This document shows positions 1 through 13,015 of a DNA stretch of 60,000 nt, piece by piece. The notes beneath the pieces are model-generated. The model did no database searches. It saw only the letters and a list, made by a program, of their open reading frames with translations, and was not told where the DNA came from. This stretch comes from Botryllus schlosseri. Taxonomy: Eukaryota. The number at the start of each line of letters is the position of its first letter. Positions within the stretch are counted from its first letter, which is position 1. The DNA is taken from assembly GCA_051294905.1 (NCBI GenBank), contig CM119372.1, positions 6,636,001-6,696,000 on the forward strand, written 5' to 3'. A program made the translations under genes and the position numbers.

Positions 1-415
1 AAAAGCGATGAGGCATATCGGAATCGCAACGCAGCAAGAGGGAATCAAAATGGTAGGAATGCATCTTGCCGTTATGTATAAACCGGAAATGCTTTCAAAT
101 AACTTGGTTCCTTTGCAGCATTTCTATCAAACACAAATCAGGATCGGCTATATCGATTGAGGAGGTATTCCGAGGGTACCGCAACGAGTCTGGACTCAAT
201 CAACAGAGACAGCGTTGCAGCCGATCGTTTAAGACAATCACTTACTGGGTAAGTTTTCGCCAAAGGGAGCATTTTTCAGCTTCTTCCGAATCACCACAGC
301 GAATCAGCTTTCCCCGCAATCATTTGGCAGAAGATGGTCTTCCACACGCAACCCTTCCTATTTACCCGGGCTTGAAACCGGCACTGGTTTTAGTGACCAA
401 CGAATGGATTCTTGA
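1..415 (+). CDS. 5'-partial glucagon/secretin/PACAP-superfamily peptide precursor (gene A); exons <1-52, 119-248, 331-415; ...KSDEAYRNRNAARGNQNAFLSNTNQDRLYRLRR|YSEGTATSLDSINRDSVAADRLRQSLT|GRWSSTRNPSYLPGLETGTGFSDQRMDS*
   Basis: Splice sites AATG|GTAGGA (52/53), CTTTGCAG|CA (118/119), GG|GTAAGT (248/249) and TTTGGCAG|A (330/331) give consistent phases (1, then 2). A furin-type RLRR site precedes a 27-aa peptide (166-246) beginning YSEGTxTS and followed by G-R (amidation/monobasic site). The last acceptor is the least certain. Confidence 0.8.
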
Positions 416-472
416 GGGAAGGCCATCGGGATGTAAGACCTCTGATTTGCTGAACCACAGATGTAACCATTA

Positions 473-993
473 AAGGGGTAGGGCACTCTAAAAATGATGT
501 GGTCTCAAATTGAAGAGCAAAACGAAAAAGAATTTGGCCGCAGCCGTTTTCTTCAGAACGCCACCATAATGGAACTGCAATTTATTAAAATTTCCACAGC
601 AACTTCACGCTATAGCAGTCACGCAGAGATCAAACTTTATATATTTGTCAGCCGATGTTATGAAGCAAATATGTCGTACACGCGCTATTTCCCAAAGAAA
701 TAGAATGCACTAGGCCCGATTTTGACATAAATCTCCTGACTCAACATCTTCCGTTGAACGCGGTATCTAAACCACCTTGGCGTGTACGACATATTTCCTT
801 CATAACATCGGCTGACAACTATATAAAGTTCGATCTCTGCGTGACTGCTGGAGCGTGAAGTTGCTGTGGAAATTTCAATAAATTCCAGCTCCATTACGGT
901 GGCGTTCTGAAGAAAATGGCTGCATCCAAAAACGAAAATTTCGTTTCGCCCTTCAATTTGAGACCACATCATTTTTAGAGTGCAGTGCCCCTT
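473..993. mobile_element. Palindromic MITE with ~200-bp inverted arms
   Basis: GCACTCTAAAAATGATGTGGTCTCAAATTGAAG... (483 onward) is mirrored by ...CTTCAATTTGAGACCACATCATTTTTAGAGTGC (ending 983). This explains the two near-identical opposite-strand ORFs 494-703 and 685-972. Confidence 0.9.
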
Positions 994-3900
994 AGCTTTA
1001 GTTTTAGGTAGTATTTAATAAATGACTACTACCTATATCAAAATGTTCAATGCATTCTAAATGGGGTTGGGGTGCTAGGTGATATGTTCGAGGTGTGAAA
1101 TCCAACTAACATGAGATTTTCCTGAACCGAAACAAATGGCCATGATAAACCTACTATTCTACTCCCGCTAAATGTGATTCAAATGTACCGATGGGCGATG
1201 GTATCGCTACTAATACAGCATTTCAAATTGAATTACCTTTTTTACAGACCAGCCACAGGCGGCTTGATCGATAAGCAATGTCTCATGGAATATCTTCCTA
1301 CAATTGTCTCCGACTACACGTTTAATTATGCAATTTCGATATGTACACTTTGAGTAATCACATTCCCGAATATCAGCATTCATACACTGCCGCCTATATA
1401 CTGTGTCGTTTATAATTTATTTATCTGCATACTTCAAATATATTTGTCTACGTGATCAACAAGACTGATCAATGTTCAATGCTCATCGTAGATAAGGCCG
1501 TTTCCTTCGTGATCAAAATCACGAAATTTTATATCGCGGGCAATCCGGTATACAATGGTTTAGAAATGGGCACACGTATGGTTTGATATAGGCAATCACC
1601 AGAAAACGTTCCTATGATATCAGTTTGAGTATCTTGCCACGACGCCAGGCGACAGAGGGCAAAACACGGAATGCGATTAGAAAGTGTCGAAATATAGTGC
1701 CCGAGACATCACAAGATATATTGACGTACCTACAAACAAATTCCTCGCTGTTCAATGTCACAACTTTTACCAAAATATAAATACAAGAGAACAGTGAACA
1801 TGAATACACATGGCACATATGTACGAATGATACATTTGAACCCGTATCCACCATGCAGGATGCAGCACTACTATGGCGCACAAAAGCATCCATGAATTTT
1901 ACTTTGACTAGAGTCTATTGTTTGAGATTTGTCATCATAATAATACTGATTTGGATGCTATATTTTACCTAATATTTCAATACTGATAATTCTAACTGGC
2001 GTATATGTATCGCATATGCTATCATATACATATACATCTCCGAATGAAAGGCATTCTGTTGAGTTCGTGATGGTTCATCCATTCATCAGACGCTCGTTCC
2101 GAAAATGGTTAGGGAAAACTCGCAAGACTTGTAACTTAATAGCCCGCGTTTCTCAGCCGACGGGATCAACATGATAAAAAAATAGTCTACCCATTTCATT
2201 TCTCGATTTGAAGGAAGTTGTATTGTAATTTGATGTGAGAAGGTTTTTGTCAGTCACAAACTTACGCACAAGAACACAGCATTTTCAAGAAGCTTACCAC
2301 ATTAAAATTTGACTTGGATGAGTAACCTGCGCAAGTTCACAATGGACATACAAACGATGTTTCTTAGTATATATAAGGCTCACAAGCAACGATAAAATAT
2401 GATGTATGCAGCGATTTCACCAAGATGACGTTGGCTTATTTGTCAGTAAGTGCGAATGTTGCGACATTTCACTCCGAATTCACTTTATACCGCCCGGCCT
2501 GGACCATAGGCCTACACTAGAAAAAGTGAAACATTGTCACCATACGTCAGCATCGCACACCACAGAACAAAAAGTTAAAACACGGACACAAAAGGTTGTT
2601 AAAATCGCATCGAAATAAAAATGACGGCTGAATTTTGTGAAGTGGCGGGGAAGAGATTTTTCACAGTCATTGTCGTAGTTTTCGCTACGAAACATATGCG
2701 ATGAATACAACACTTCGTTATTACTTATATACCATGAAGAATTCAAAGGAAATAAAACCCCCATTGATCCTCACTGCCTTTTCGTTGGTAATTAATGTAA
2801 AAGCAATATCACGTGACACGTAGCCCCTCATAAAGAGTTGATGATGGAAATATACGTACGCCTATTGGAGGATTAGGAATCGTTCATATCACTGTGATCA
2901 ATTGTCAATTCGATTACTATGACCGCATGTAGATTTATCAGCAAAGGAGTTTAAAATCAATATACTGAAAATTGAAGCAGATGTTTGCAATTGTCCACAG
3001 ATTATAAGTATAAATCGTTAATGCAACACAACGATTTACTGTAGCAACCCTGCTCTTTCTGGGTGTAATGTCAAGCTAATTCGATTTGTAAACTACCGGG
3101 AGAAATCATGAACCACCAAAACTTTGAACGACGCCAGCATGGCTCCCTGCATGGACGTTGGACAAATATTACGCCATAGTGGCGAAAGGTTATTACACAA
3201 TTTCGGTAAACACAACCCCGTATGGCAAGCCCCTTGAAGAAAACTGGCGTGTACTCGGCCGGACCTATAGTCGATCCTGTGTTCCTGGCATATGATGCAA
3301 TCCTAATTTCGAATTACATTGGAAATGATGAGTCTATAGAGTGTCTGTATATTGAAAACAGTTTAACATCGTGTCACATCTTCGTCGGCTTTATCTGCAC
3401 GTGTTAAAGAGGAGTTGGTTACGCTAATTCGACCCACGCGATGGAAACACCATGAAATTCACGCAAGGTCATTCTAATTATAGTATATGAAATAAAACAT
3501 TCATTGTAAAATTTACGATCTCCACCAGCACCAGAGCTAGAACAACGGAATTCAGTTAAAAATATTTTCTCGAAGAGAAATATATATACAATTCGTTGCT
3601 AACAAATGACAACAAAACGGCTCTAAAAACACGCCCTCTGGAATCAACGCGTGGACGTGTTACTATATAGATTCTCGATGTAAGGTGAAATGGCGTTAAA
3701 GAGGCGGTAACATGTATAGATATTATTTGGCAGCAACATGTTGTTACTTGTGCTTTTCCATGTCACTGAAAGGGGCGAAAAGTTTTCAAATATACATATT
3801 GCTATGCAATTACGTATTTATTATTTACCGAAGAAATGATATTAGACGTGATTAGAATATTAGAGTATAAACTGTATATTCTTGATCCATTTTATTTATT

Positions 3901-5406
3901 TGGCATTCAAGCATTGAAGAAATTAGCATCACGTGGTATGTGAATTTGCATGACTTGTAGTATGAATAATGTTTGTTATTTGGATAGCATTTGAAACAAA
4001 AATGTCCACATGGCGTGCGAAACAATTCTAAGCGATCCATTCCTTCTAGTAAGCGATATAATTCTATTGCCTCTAGATTATACAGCACAGCTGATAACCG
4101 AAGAAAGTAGAACTAATATTTGATTTACGGTATTTTTCATAGAGATCGGTACATGGCTGTTACCTATACCCTTTATTTACGTGAAATTTACGTTGGCTTC
4201 ATTTATTTGTACCTTCCATTCAAGTATTGCGGAATATGTGCAATCGATCTTGACATCATATGCGGGATCATATCAGGCATATGTTCCGGCCCCGTACACG
4301 CTATTGTATCCGGTGCTGAGTAGACGGTAAACGTCAATAAATCAATTATATATTTTTCAAGAAAGACGATTACAGAATAACCAAGTTTACTCGTTGATAG
4401 ACTGCATTAGATTAATATTTACCGACGGCCACTATTAAAAGTAGTTATTTTCTGGCACGAAACAATAAAATATGTTTTCATATTCACAATGGGATTATTG
4501 TCTGTTGTCAGGGGTATACATGTGCAGAGGCCTAACTTTTATCACCATGTATTTAGTGATAAAGACCTTGCAAAGAAAAAAGAAACAAATTGAAAGTTTC
4601 AAGGCATGTCGTTGAGTCAATTGCTCACTGAAACCAGAAAGAAATTACAGCCTAGAATCGTAGATCAATCATTACCAGTTATACTAATTTACCAAGTTGA
4701 CTAAATTGCATAATTGATGTACAGCAATAAAGGTTGAACAGAAAGAACAGGCGGTCTTAAACTGTTTTTTTTTAATATTTTATTTCAATGCCAATAAACT
4801 TTTGTCACAATATCGATAACAGCATAATACCACCAAAGGGTGCGTATCCATGGAACCTTATCCAACTCAGGTTGCGCTCGATCGAGTTTGGCTGAGTTCC
4901 TGTCCACCCGAATGAATGCTTGTTTTTTATGGGGATTTCAAGCAATTCGCACTCATTACTCAACATGCTTGGCAGTATACAATGACTCGGTGTCTGGTGT
5001 TGATTGTCGGCGAGCTTTATTACATTCTGGGGGTTCTCACGATTGCATCAACAGATTTTTTGAAATTCTACAGTTGATGAAATTTACGATAGAACGAAAA
5101 AACGACACCATACTATCTTTAATCACTACAGATGCTATCTTTGGCTCGTATATTCATGTGAAATTCACCTCATATTATTCACGTTACGATCGCTTACCAA
5201 TGACATATATCATACCTGACTCCTCAGTTTAATAACAGATTTTCGGACTATCTGTCATCTGACAAAACAAATATTTTCATATAATCGCACATCTCAGATG
5301 ATAAGCAACACATTTTTTTCCTAACAAGTAGGCTATACCTCAAGATTTGTCGGATCACTGATGATGGGTACCGGTACTGTAGCTTTAATAATTCCTTCAG
5401 ATATGC

Positions 5407-6639
5407 CAGGGGCGGGCAACATAGGACCCGCGGGCCGGATCTGGAGGAATTATCACTGCTACAGTACCGGTACCCATCATCAGGCCGGCCCGAGAAGGGA
5501 TTTTAAGCGGCCCGCGGAGAGTTTCAGGTCTTACATGATAATGCGGCCCGCGGCCGGAAAAAGGTGGCCATGAAACTATTCGTTTTGTTCGGGGCTACTT
5601 ACATCTGCGAGCAAGCATTTTCGACAATGAAAATGAACAGGTAGAGCACCCCTAGAGCTGCGTTCAATTCAATTCAATTTATTGCCTAATTTTTTTTATC
5701 ATTTCATAACACCACAAGACTGCGATGAAATGAAATATAGGAAGTTGTCGAAACGACTTGGAATAGTCTTCGAAATCAGACACCCCACCTGGCCTAGGCG
5801 ATGTAAAAAAGGAGGCATGCACACTGAATGAAGAGTAAAAGAAGATAATATAAAAGGACAAGTGACAAAAAGGAGGCATGTAACGGAAGGTGAGATCGAT
5901 ATGCCAGGTCGTGGTCCGGTAACCTAGAGGGCTAACTAGTATTTAATATTTATTCAGTAGAAATAGTTTGTATTTCGACTTGAATGTAGACATGCTCGAT
6001 GACTGTCGGATAGCCGGCGAGATACTGTTCCATAAATCAGGTTCGGAATATTTGATAGAGCGATGATCTTTTTGTCTACCATATGGTATTTGGAAGACGT
6101 GGACGCGCGTGTGTCGTAGCCTACTCTTGCACGTTTGATATCGAGGTAAAAGCGTTATTGAAGTTTTCGGGGCAGTGGCCGCAGTGGAACTGATACATAT
6201 GTTTAGGACATCGAATCAATTGAGCAGTGATTTGTTGGACACACATCCCGGTCCCTTTGGGGCCCTGGCTATGATACAGAGGACCTGATCTTGTAGCTTT
6301 TACAGTGGCGTCAGAGCGCTAACACTGGCAGCCCCAATCTAACTGATGATCCCGTGTAGTATTTACTAAGGGTTTATGCGTCCGACATGCAACCAGAGTT
6401 CAAAGAACTTGTCGAAACTTTGATCGACCACAGCTATCATTGACTTCAACAGTTATTGAAATATATTACCCTAATCAATTCATTAAATACTGTATTTGGC
6501 CTCTATGCTTTCAACTTAAAATTCCCAGTATATATAGGTGGATAAATACACGATTGCTGTATTGATTTAGGAATCCGGCACGCGAAGTACTTCATTTTCC
6601 TATATCCAGCCCGCCGACCGGAGAAGTTGCCCGCCCCTG
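5407..6639. mobile_element. Non-autonomous hAT (Charlie/Buster-like) element with a transposase C-terminal remnant
   Basis: TIRs CAGGGGCGGGCAAC/GTTGCCCGCCCCTG; 8-bp TSD AGATATGC; GGCCCGCG subterminal motifs. 5570-5641 encodes MKLFVLFGATYICEQAFSTMKMNR, resembling the hAT dimerization motif FGSTYxCEQxFS. Confidence 0.85.
5664..6435 (-). mobile_element. 5'-truncated CR1/L2-like LINE inserted in the hAT element
   Basis: The minus strand of ~5943-6068 reads DHRSIKYSEPDLWNSISPAIRQSSSMSTFKSKYKLFLLNKY*, a typical ORF2 C-terminus. A (TTCAA)n tail lies at 5664-5679. The 3' UTR sequence recurs at ~44875-45020 and ~51083-51220. The 5' boundary is approximate. Confidence 0.75.
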
Positions 6640-9600
6640 AGATATGCGAACGTATAATTTTATGAACGGCATTACGACTAGAGTCGAACGATTATCTGGC
6701 CGATTATTACCAGGCCGACGGTGGAAGAGCAATAGTTCCAAATACAAGGTTCTAGCCAAAGTAAAAAGGAAATAGCCTATCTAACCCGGTCACCCTCATC
6801 TGCCCCCGCGTAACGTGTTTTCAGTGAAATTGCTCAGATTCGCACTTTCAGGAGGACAAGTTTAACTGATGAGCATGCAGAGAAACTCTGCTTCCTCGCA
6901 TTACAATCTACCTATACTGGACTGATCAACAATTTTCTATCTCGCTTTGCTGTTGTGCAGCTGTGCGAAATTCAGCAACAATTCTTTCTTATTTCAGTTT
7001 GTTTGTTGGCTTGATTGTTGTTCAGCTTTCAGTGGCATGTACAAGTGCCATCATGCCTAATATATAATATATTTTTGGGAAATGGTTCCCGCCCCCTCCA
7101 TATTAACATCGGTATCCGCTTGCAAAAATCAATATCGGTCGACCTCTAGTTACGACAGCAACATCTCATACATTCATCAAGCACAAGATGTTAATTTCAT
7201 ACAGGCCTACCGTTAAACGCATTGCATCATGTTGTAAGAACACGCATTTGGTCAAGGGGTCCATATGTATGAACGAGGTTTAGGTTTTTGTCAGAATTGG
7301 AAATTACTATATTACTCAAAACAAAAATTTGGATTAGGCGCCCACGGAAATTCATCCCCCCCCCCCTCCCCCCCAAAAAAAGAAAGAGATATAATGATAT
7401 CTCATCGCAAATATTTTAAAAGAACGAAATGTTGGTATGTACTAGATATTTTGGAATAACCAACTTGGTCAAATGAAGACGGCTTGTATCGTTGAGCGCT
7501 ATGTAGCCTACAAGAAAATACTACAACCCATCAGTATATTACGAGATTAATAACCGTTACAATAAAAATTGTAGAGCATACCTCCCATAAACGCCAAGTC
7601 GCCATGACTGTGAAAAGTGCTTCGATTTTATAGTGCGTTCCGTTAATTAAAATGCAATATCCCTAATGATTTTATAGCAGTCGCTACCTATAAGTTATTG
7701 TGTCATCGACGCCTTATTAAACCCGACGCATCGTCATCTCCCCTCTTAAGATCAACAGGTGATAAGCACCTATTAATTTGGTTTAAATATACAACAACTT
7801 CAACGGGTTTTTAAGCCCCATACTTAATTTTGCAACACTTTTTGTGGGTAGACTATATATAGTTTATGAAGCGATTTGTATCACTTTTCTGTTTATTTGT
7901 GAGTGAATGGATCAGCAGACGGACCTGCGAATCCCATCTCGGCTTCATAATTTAAGGGTATCACACTGAAGAGTGGTACACGTCGCTTTCATACCTTGAC
8001 CACAGAAAGATGATATGCATGAGACTGCGTACAACAATAACAAAAATCTGATGATGCGAAACAGTATAATTGAATGAAAATTAAATAATATTTATAAGTC
8101 AGAATGTAGGATAAAGTTACCAAAATCTTAGCTATGACGCGTGTGTGAGACACCTACTAAGGCTGGAACAAACAAAAGAATTCATGGAGCAATCGTGGCA
8201 ATAAAACATAATATTACATCGCTTTATTTGCATCCATCGATCGAATATTTAAGTTCGCAAGAAAGTATAGATGTGATATATATAATTATCTGACGGCTTA
8301 GCGTTTTTGTTTCCTGTTATTACGGGGCCGAATTCGGTCGGGTTGAAGTTGCTTGGAAGTTATAACATAAAGCCTACTTTTGAATGTTATTGTTGTTGTT
8401 GTTGTTTATCACCTGTTAGTCTTTTGCACAACGTCAAAGATTGCGTACAAAGATATGCACCACGATAATAATGACGTAAGAAATGATATTGCAGGAAATA
8501 GATCTCGGCAAGATAAGAAAACACAATCAAGGTTCAAAAATCAAAAACGGCGATTACAGGATAACCCGAATTCAATGGTGTATAAGTAAGTATAACTGTA
8601 TAGAGTGGTATTTTGGTAACTAAGGAGGGTCGTAGGACAACGTCTGAATGTTAATGCGTGGTCTAAAACCATGGGCCGTATAAATTAAACCGGAAACGCG
8701 TTTTATAAAATTAACAATAATAATTAATATGGCGTAGAATTAGTTTAAACCAGGGGCTTTTTGCGCAGGGCTGGCCATCGGCCACGACCATCGGTTACGG
8801 GCTCGTACCATCAGGTTCGAACCCGATGTGCACATCCCGAATTCACCCCTGCGATTGGCAATACGGGGAAGTTAATTGTATTGGTTTTTGATCTATTGCT
8901 TTGTGTGACTAGTGAATCAACTGAGAATGTGGTGGATCTCTTCTCGTTTGAATTTAGAGCTGCACCAATTTATTAACTTTAAAAGGATTGCATTCCATAC
9001 GAAGCAAGCCATATTTATATAACGTTCATGTGAGGTTTTGGGTCAAAACACAAAAACAGCAGTATCCTGATGATACGATGAAGAAATATTCTGACGATTT
9101 AATAGCTCTGCAGTGTCTCTTTCTTCAATGTCGACACGCTGCGCTCTGCAGGATACAATACCTAGTTCGAACCATTTTGTGGAAAACAACCAGAGCTAGC
9201 GTGACCAGAGTGTTTTAACGGGAAATTGGCGATCTAGAAGTACGCGCAATTCATTTTACAGGAATTATAATAAAGCCTTGCATTCATGGAAAATTGTTGC
9301 ACACATCGTTGGTGTATACTTCGCGCGGAGCGTGACGAAATATTTCGAGATCTGGCAGATCTTGTCAAATGTTAATTTGCAATGAGAGCGGAAAGGATAT
9401 TTAAAACTATTTTGCGGCCCGCAACCTGATTTGAGATTTCGGGAGAACGCTTCATAAAGCATTTTGAAATACTAAAGTTGAATTCAGTTTAAAAGTATTA
9501 TTTTTGTCGTTCAAAATGGACTATACTCCTGTGCTCAAAGTCACTATTCCTCATTTACTAATACGGCTTCGCGATGGCAATAGCATTCCATGGAGGGATA

Positions 9601-9997
9601 ATTAGCTGATATGACAGGGTATGTTGCCTAGACAACGTAGACTTGCACTGGCCCATACACTGCCAAGACCCAGAAACGACTTGAAGCTTCGACACAAGAT
9701 CAAGCTTTGCGAGGACATAGTTTTACAGCAAGTACCGTGTCTAGCTAACACCAATATCGATTATTTAGTCGCTGAAAAGCATTGTCAGGTATCGCACGCA
9801 GTTCATATAGTTCAAAATAAAATGAAAGTGATGATCATTAATGTTTCTTTTCTGGAAACTATGCCCGTCGCCCATGATGTTGTACGGACGTAATGTTATA
9901 AAAAAAACATGGTTGTCAAACTGTGTGGCCTATTTTATCTCAATATTGAATTCATGCGGCCCGCAGCCTCAACGATTTTTGACAAGTGGCCCGCGAC

Positions 9998-10190
9998 CAC
10001 TGTTTCATCTAAGCTGCACGCTTGCGCGGGCGCGCACTGCTTTTAAAGATGCCGCGTACAGAAAAACATGTGCCACGCACATGAAAGCCGAAGTGATGAC
10101 CTTTTTTATTCGTTACGCACTGTTGTCGAAGGGGGCGCGCAGTAAGTTGGTGAGTGCGCGCAGACTCGTGAAAAATTAGAGGGAACATTG
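9998..10190. mobile_element. Short MITE (same family as 30487-30672) inside a degraded hAT-like element
   Basis: Ends CACTGTTTC.../GAGGGAACATTG; flanks CCCGCGAC/CCTGCGAC; internal sequence matches 30487-30672. Confidence 0.75.
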
Positions 10191-10460
10191 CCTGCGACCC
10201 GTTATGAGTTGGCTACCACAGATTTAATCATATTTCCCTACTACACCATCTACTGCGACGCTAACTTTCCTCATCGCTCCCCATACCGCCCCCTAACTCA
10301 ACGTCCCTCATATCGTCCACTGACCGTTTCCGTCCCTGGGGCCGCTGGAGCCAAAATCAAGATCCACTGCTTTGAACCTTTGGCTCGGCCCGCCAACGTA
10401 TTTTATGCATCTCATTTGGCCCGTCGGGTAAAATAATTGGTCACCCTTGTTATAGAGTCT

Positions 10461-11156
10461 CAGTGGTTCCCAACCGGACGGAATCCACACGTAGAGGAAT
10501 TGTTGTCCTTTTTAGGGGGGAATCACCTGGAATCACCTAAATTTTAATCCTTTATCACGGAACTGTAATCTATGAAACTAGTTCATTCCAAATGTGTGTT
10601 CCTTTCAACTGATTGCTAGAAGAGTGTTTACATGTCCTTTGATATCTTCCCCTTTCGTACAAATTCCCCCTGATTTTTTTTTTAACTGACAGCCTCTCAG
10701 TCGAATTGCAGACTGATCGTGGAAAAAATGTCAAGTACATCGATTCGACTCAAAGACATCGCAAGCAAACTTGATAATTTATTTTTAGTCAACAGCTATC
10801 CAATTGGGAAAATAACATGCCAAATTTATTGCAATGTAGTCAGAACGGAAAGAGGCCACTGATTTTTTTTAAATATTTATTTACCAGACTAGGCTACATC
10901 TAGTGTTAAATAATATTTAACATCGAAGTGGTCAGCGGTACAATACCAAAATATAAATCGGTCCGCATTGGAAATAGTATTGGCATCTCTGTGCTAGAGC
11001 TTCAAAGCCGCGGTGATCACCTTATTTTGTAATCAATAGGGGTTTGGGCTGAAATGATAACTATTTATGGTCACCGAGCTCCTTTTTCTTAGGGGGAATT
11101 TTGGTTCAAATGTCGGTCGAAGGTGACCACGACACGAAAAAAGTTGGGAGCCACTA
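10461..11156. mobile_element. hAT-type MITE
   Basis: Degenerate TIRs CAGTGGTTCCCAAC/GTTGGGAGCCACTA; TSD not clean. Confidence 0.6.
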
Positions 11157-12204
11157 GTCTACACGTCGTGTAAGTACATCAAATTGAAAAGTAGTATATT
11201 GATATTGCTAGACCGAAAAATCGGATTTCTCGACAGGGCGGCCGAAAACCATGAAATTATTTCCCAACAACTAGAATTTCATTGAGTCACGGATGTGGCT
11301 GAATTCCGACGGTGGCTGTCAGCCGGATAACATCAATTCTGATTGGTGTATACACGATAAGAATCAAATGATCGTCAATTTGAAATTGAACGGGACTGGT
11401 TCGAGTCACTGGATATTACTTAAAAACTAATAGTGCCATTGCATTTTAAAAACTGAAATACCTATCTTTGCCTTATTTACATTATCAATATAATATTACG
11501 CAAACACCTTTACTTATCGTTTTTATTAAACAAACAAATCAAAGACGATCTCCTGCACACAAGATTGAAAACTTATCTTATACGTTACTGAAATAGATCT
11601 CTGTAAACGACCCTGATAATGATAACTTACTTACATGATTCATTGATTTGGTGGCATGATATATTGGCGAAAATAGAAGTGATCGGTTTATACTCATTTT
11701 CAAAGTTTATTCGATAGTCATGAAATGTAGGCATAATTTGTTTTTGTTGATCACAGTGTGATGAGATAAGAGAATTCCTTCAATAATGTAAGCTTTCGTT
11801 GTGAAGCGCTTGGTAATAAATTCAAGTGACAAATGAACCTTCAATCGCCATTCAGCAGAAATCAATTTCAACTCTTCAAAATCATATTATATAGATATTA
11901 ATAAGAATATTTTTAGAGGGATTGCAGTTTCGGCAAAGCTACATGGTTGACATTCGACCTTTCTCATCATATCTCAAAAAATGAGTATTGTGTGGACGGA
12001 CCATGCCTCTTATGCCATATAAGGATTGGTAGGATTCAATTATTTTGTCATCTAGTTCTCCCACCAAAGTCATATTTTTCAGCCGGTTCTATGACAAAAA
12101 GTCGTATTTTTCGGGGAAAAAACTGTTATTTTTATATATACGGCAGAAATTCGTTTGTCGAAGATAAATAGAAAGCAGCGGAGTAGCAAGATTAACAGTC
12201 AGAG

Positions 12205-12500
12205 CAGTCGTTCTCAAACTTTTTTAAACACGCCACCCTTTATGATAGTAAAAAATTCCGCGCCCCCCCTTATCGTCATGTCACAAAATGCAGCCACAAT
12301 GCTGGCAATCTCAACGAATAATATGATGGCATGGAAGGTATTGACAGTTGATGAGATAATTCTCAAATTTGAAATTAGGACAATAGACAGAGTAATATGA
12401 AATGGAAGTAAATCACGCGGTCCACGAATTTTTTTTCAGTTGGACGCAGTTTGGCACCCCGCTTCGGATGTTCTCATGTCACCCAGTTTGAGAACCACTT
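12205..12500. mobile_element. ~300-bp hAT-type MITE (family also at 14964-15283 and 39132-39440)
   Basis: TIRs CAGT(C/G)GTTCTCAAACT/AGTTTGAGAACCACT; internal TTATCGTCAT...CAAAATGCA...GGCATGGAAGGT shared among the three copies. Confidence 0.8.
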
Positions 12501-13015
12501 AGTAGAGTGACAAACAAACACTGTATGTACATATATGTCAAGACGCAATGGAACTGTCTAAGTTACTTACAATAAACGCATTAGTATATTTGCCGGATTG
12601 GCCAATTTTTTTTCGAGCTATAGGTTGTATAATCCTTCAAACCAAGCTGTATAACGACCTATATTGTTGAGATTCGAATAGTTGCAAGAACATGATGAAA
12701 CCCCAGTTACAACGAATGGTGCGAACCGGCTGCATCCCATCACCGCTAACAGTTACACCAGTGGTTCTTAAATGGTTTCCATGGAACACTAGGGGTTTCC
12801 AGAGCCAGTATCAGGAGTTCCCTGGAGATCAAGACACGCATTCAACTCACAATGCGAAATGCGATGATACGTCCGCCTTGACCATCATTGGTTGCAGATA
12901 ATTAGGCCCGACCAGTAGTCGAATTGTGACTGTTGTGGTGGTACGTCCTCTGCAGTGTGCAGTACGTTTAAGAACCCCTGGTTTAGCCCATATTTCATAA
13001 TACATATGTGTGCAA

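Noticed and set aside
66..473. 135-aa ORF from the track
   Set aside because: It is the wrong frame; it overlaps the spliced peptide-precursor exons, which use a different frame with clear hormone motifs.
494..972. Two similar ORFs on opposite strands resembling a gene pair
   Set aside because: They are an artefact of the palindromic MITE arms.
1624..1776. Frame reading PRRQATEGKTRNAIRK..., superficially like an x-x-E-G peptide
   Set aside because: Wrong register after RR, weak splice sites and no other family residues.
8380..8589. ORF with a hydrophobic N-terminus and a KRR site
   Set aside because: The Val run comes from a (TTG)n microsatellite, probably a retroelement tail on the other strand; it starts with TTG and has no supporting exon structure.
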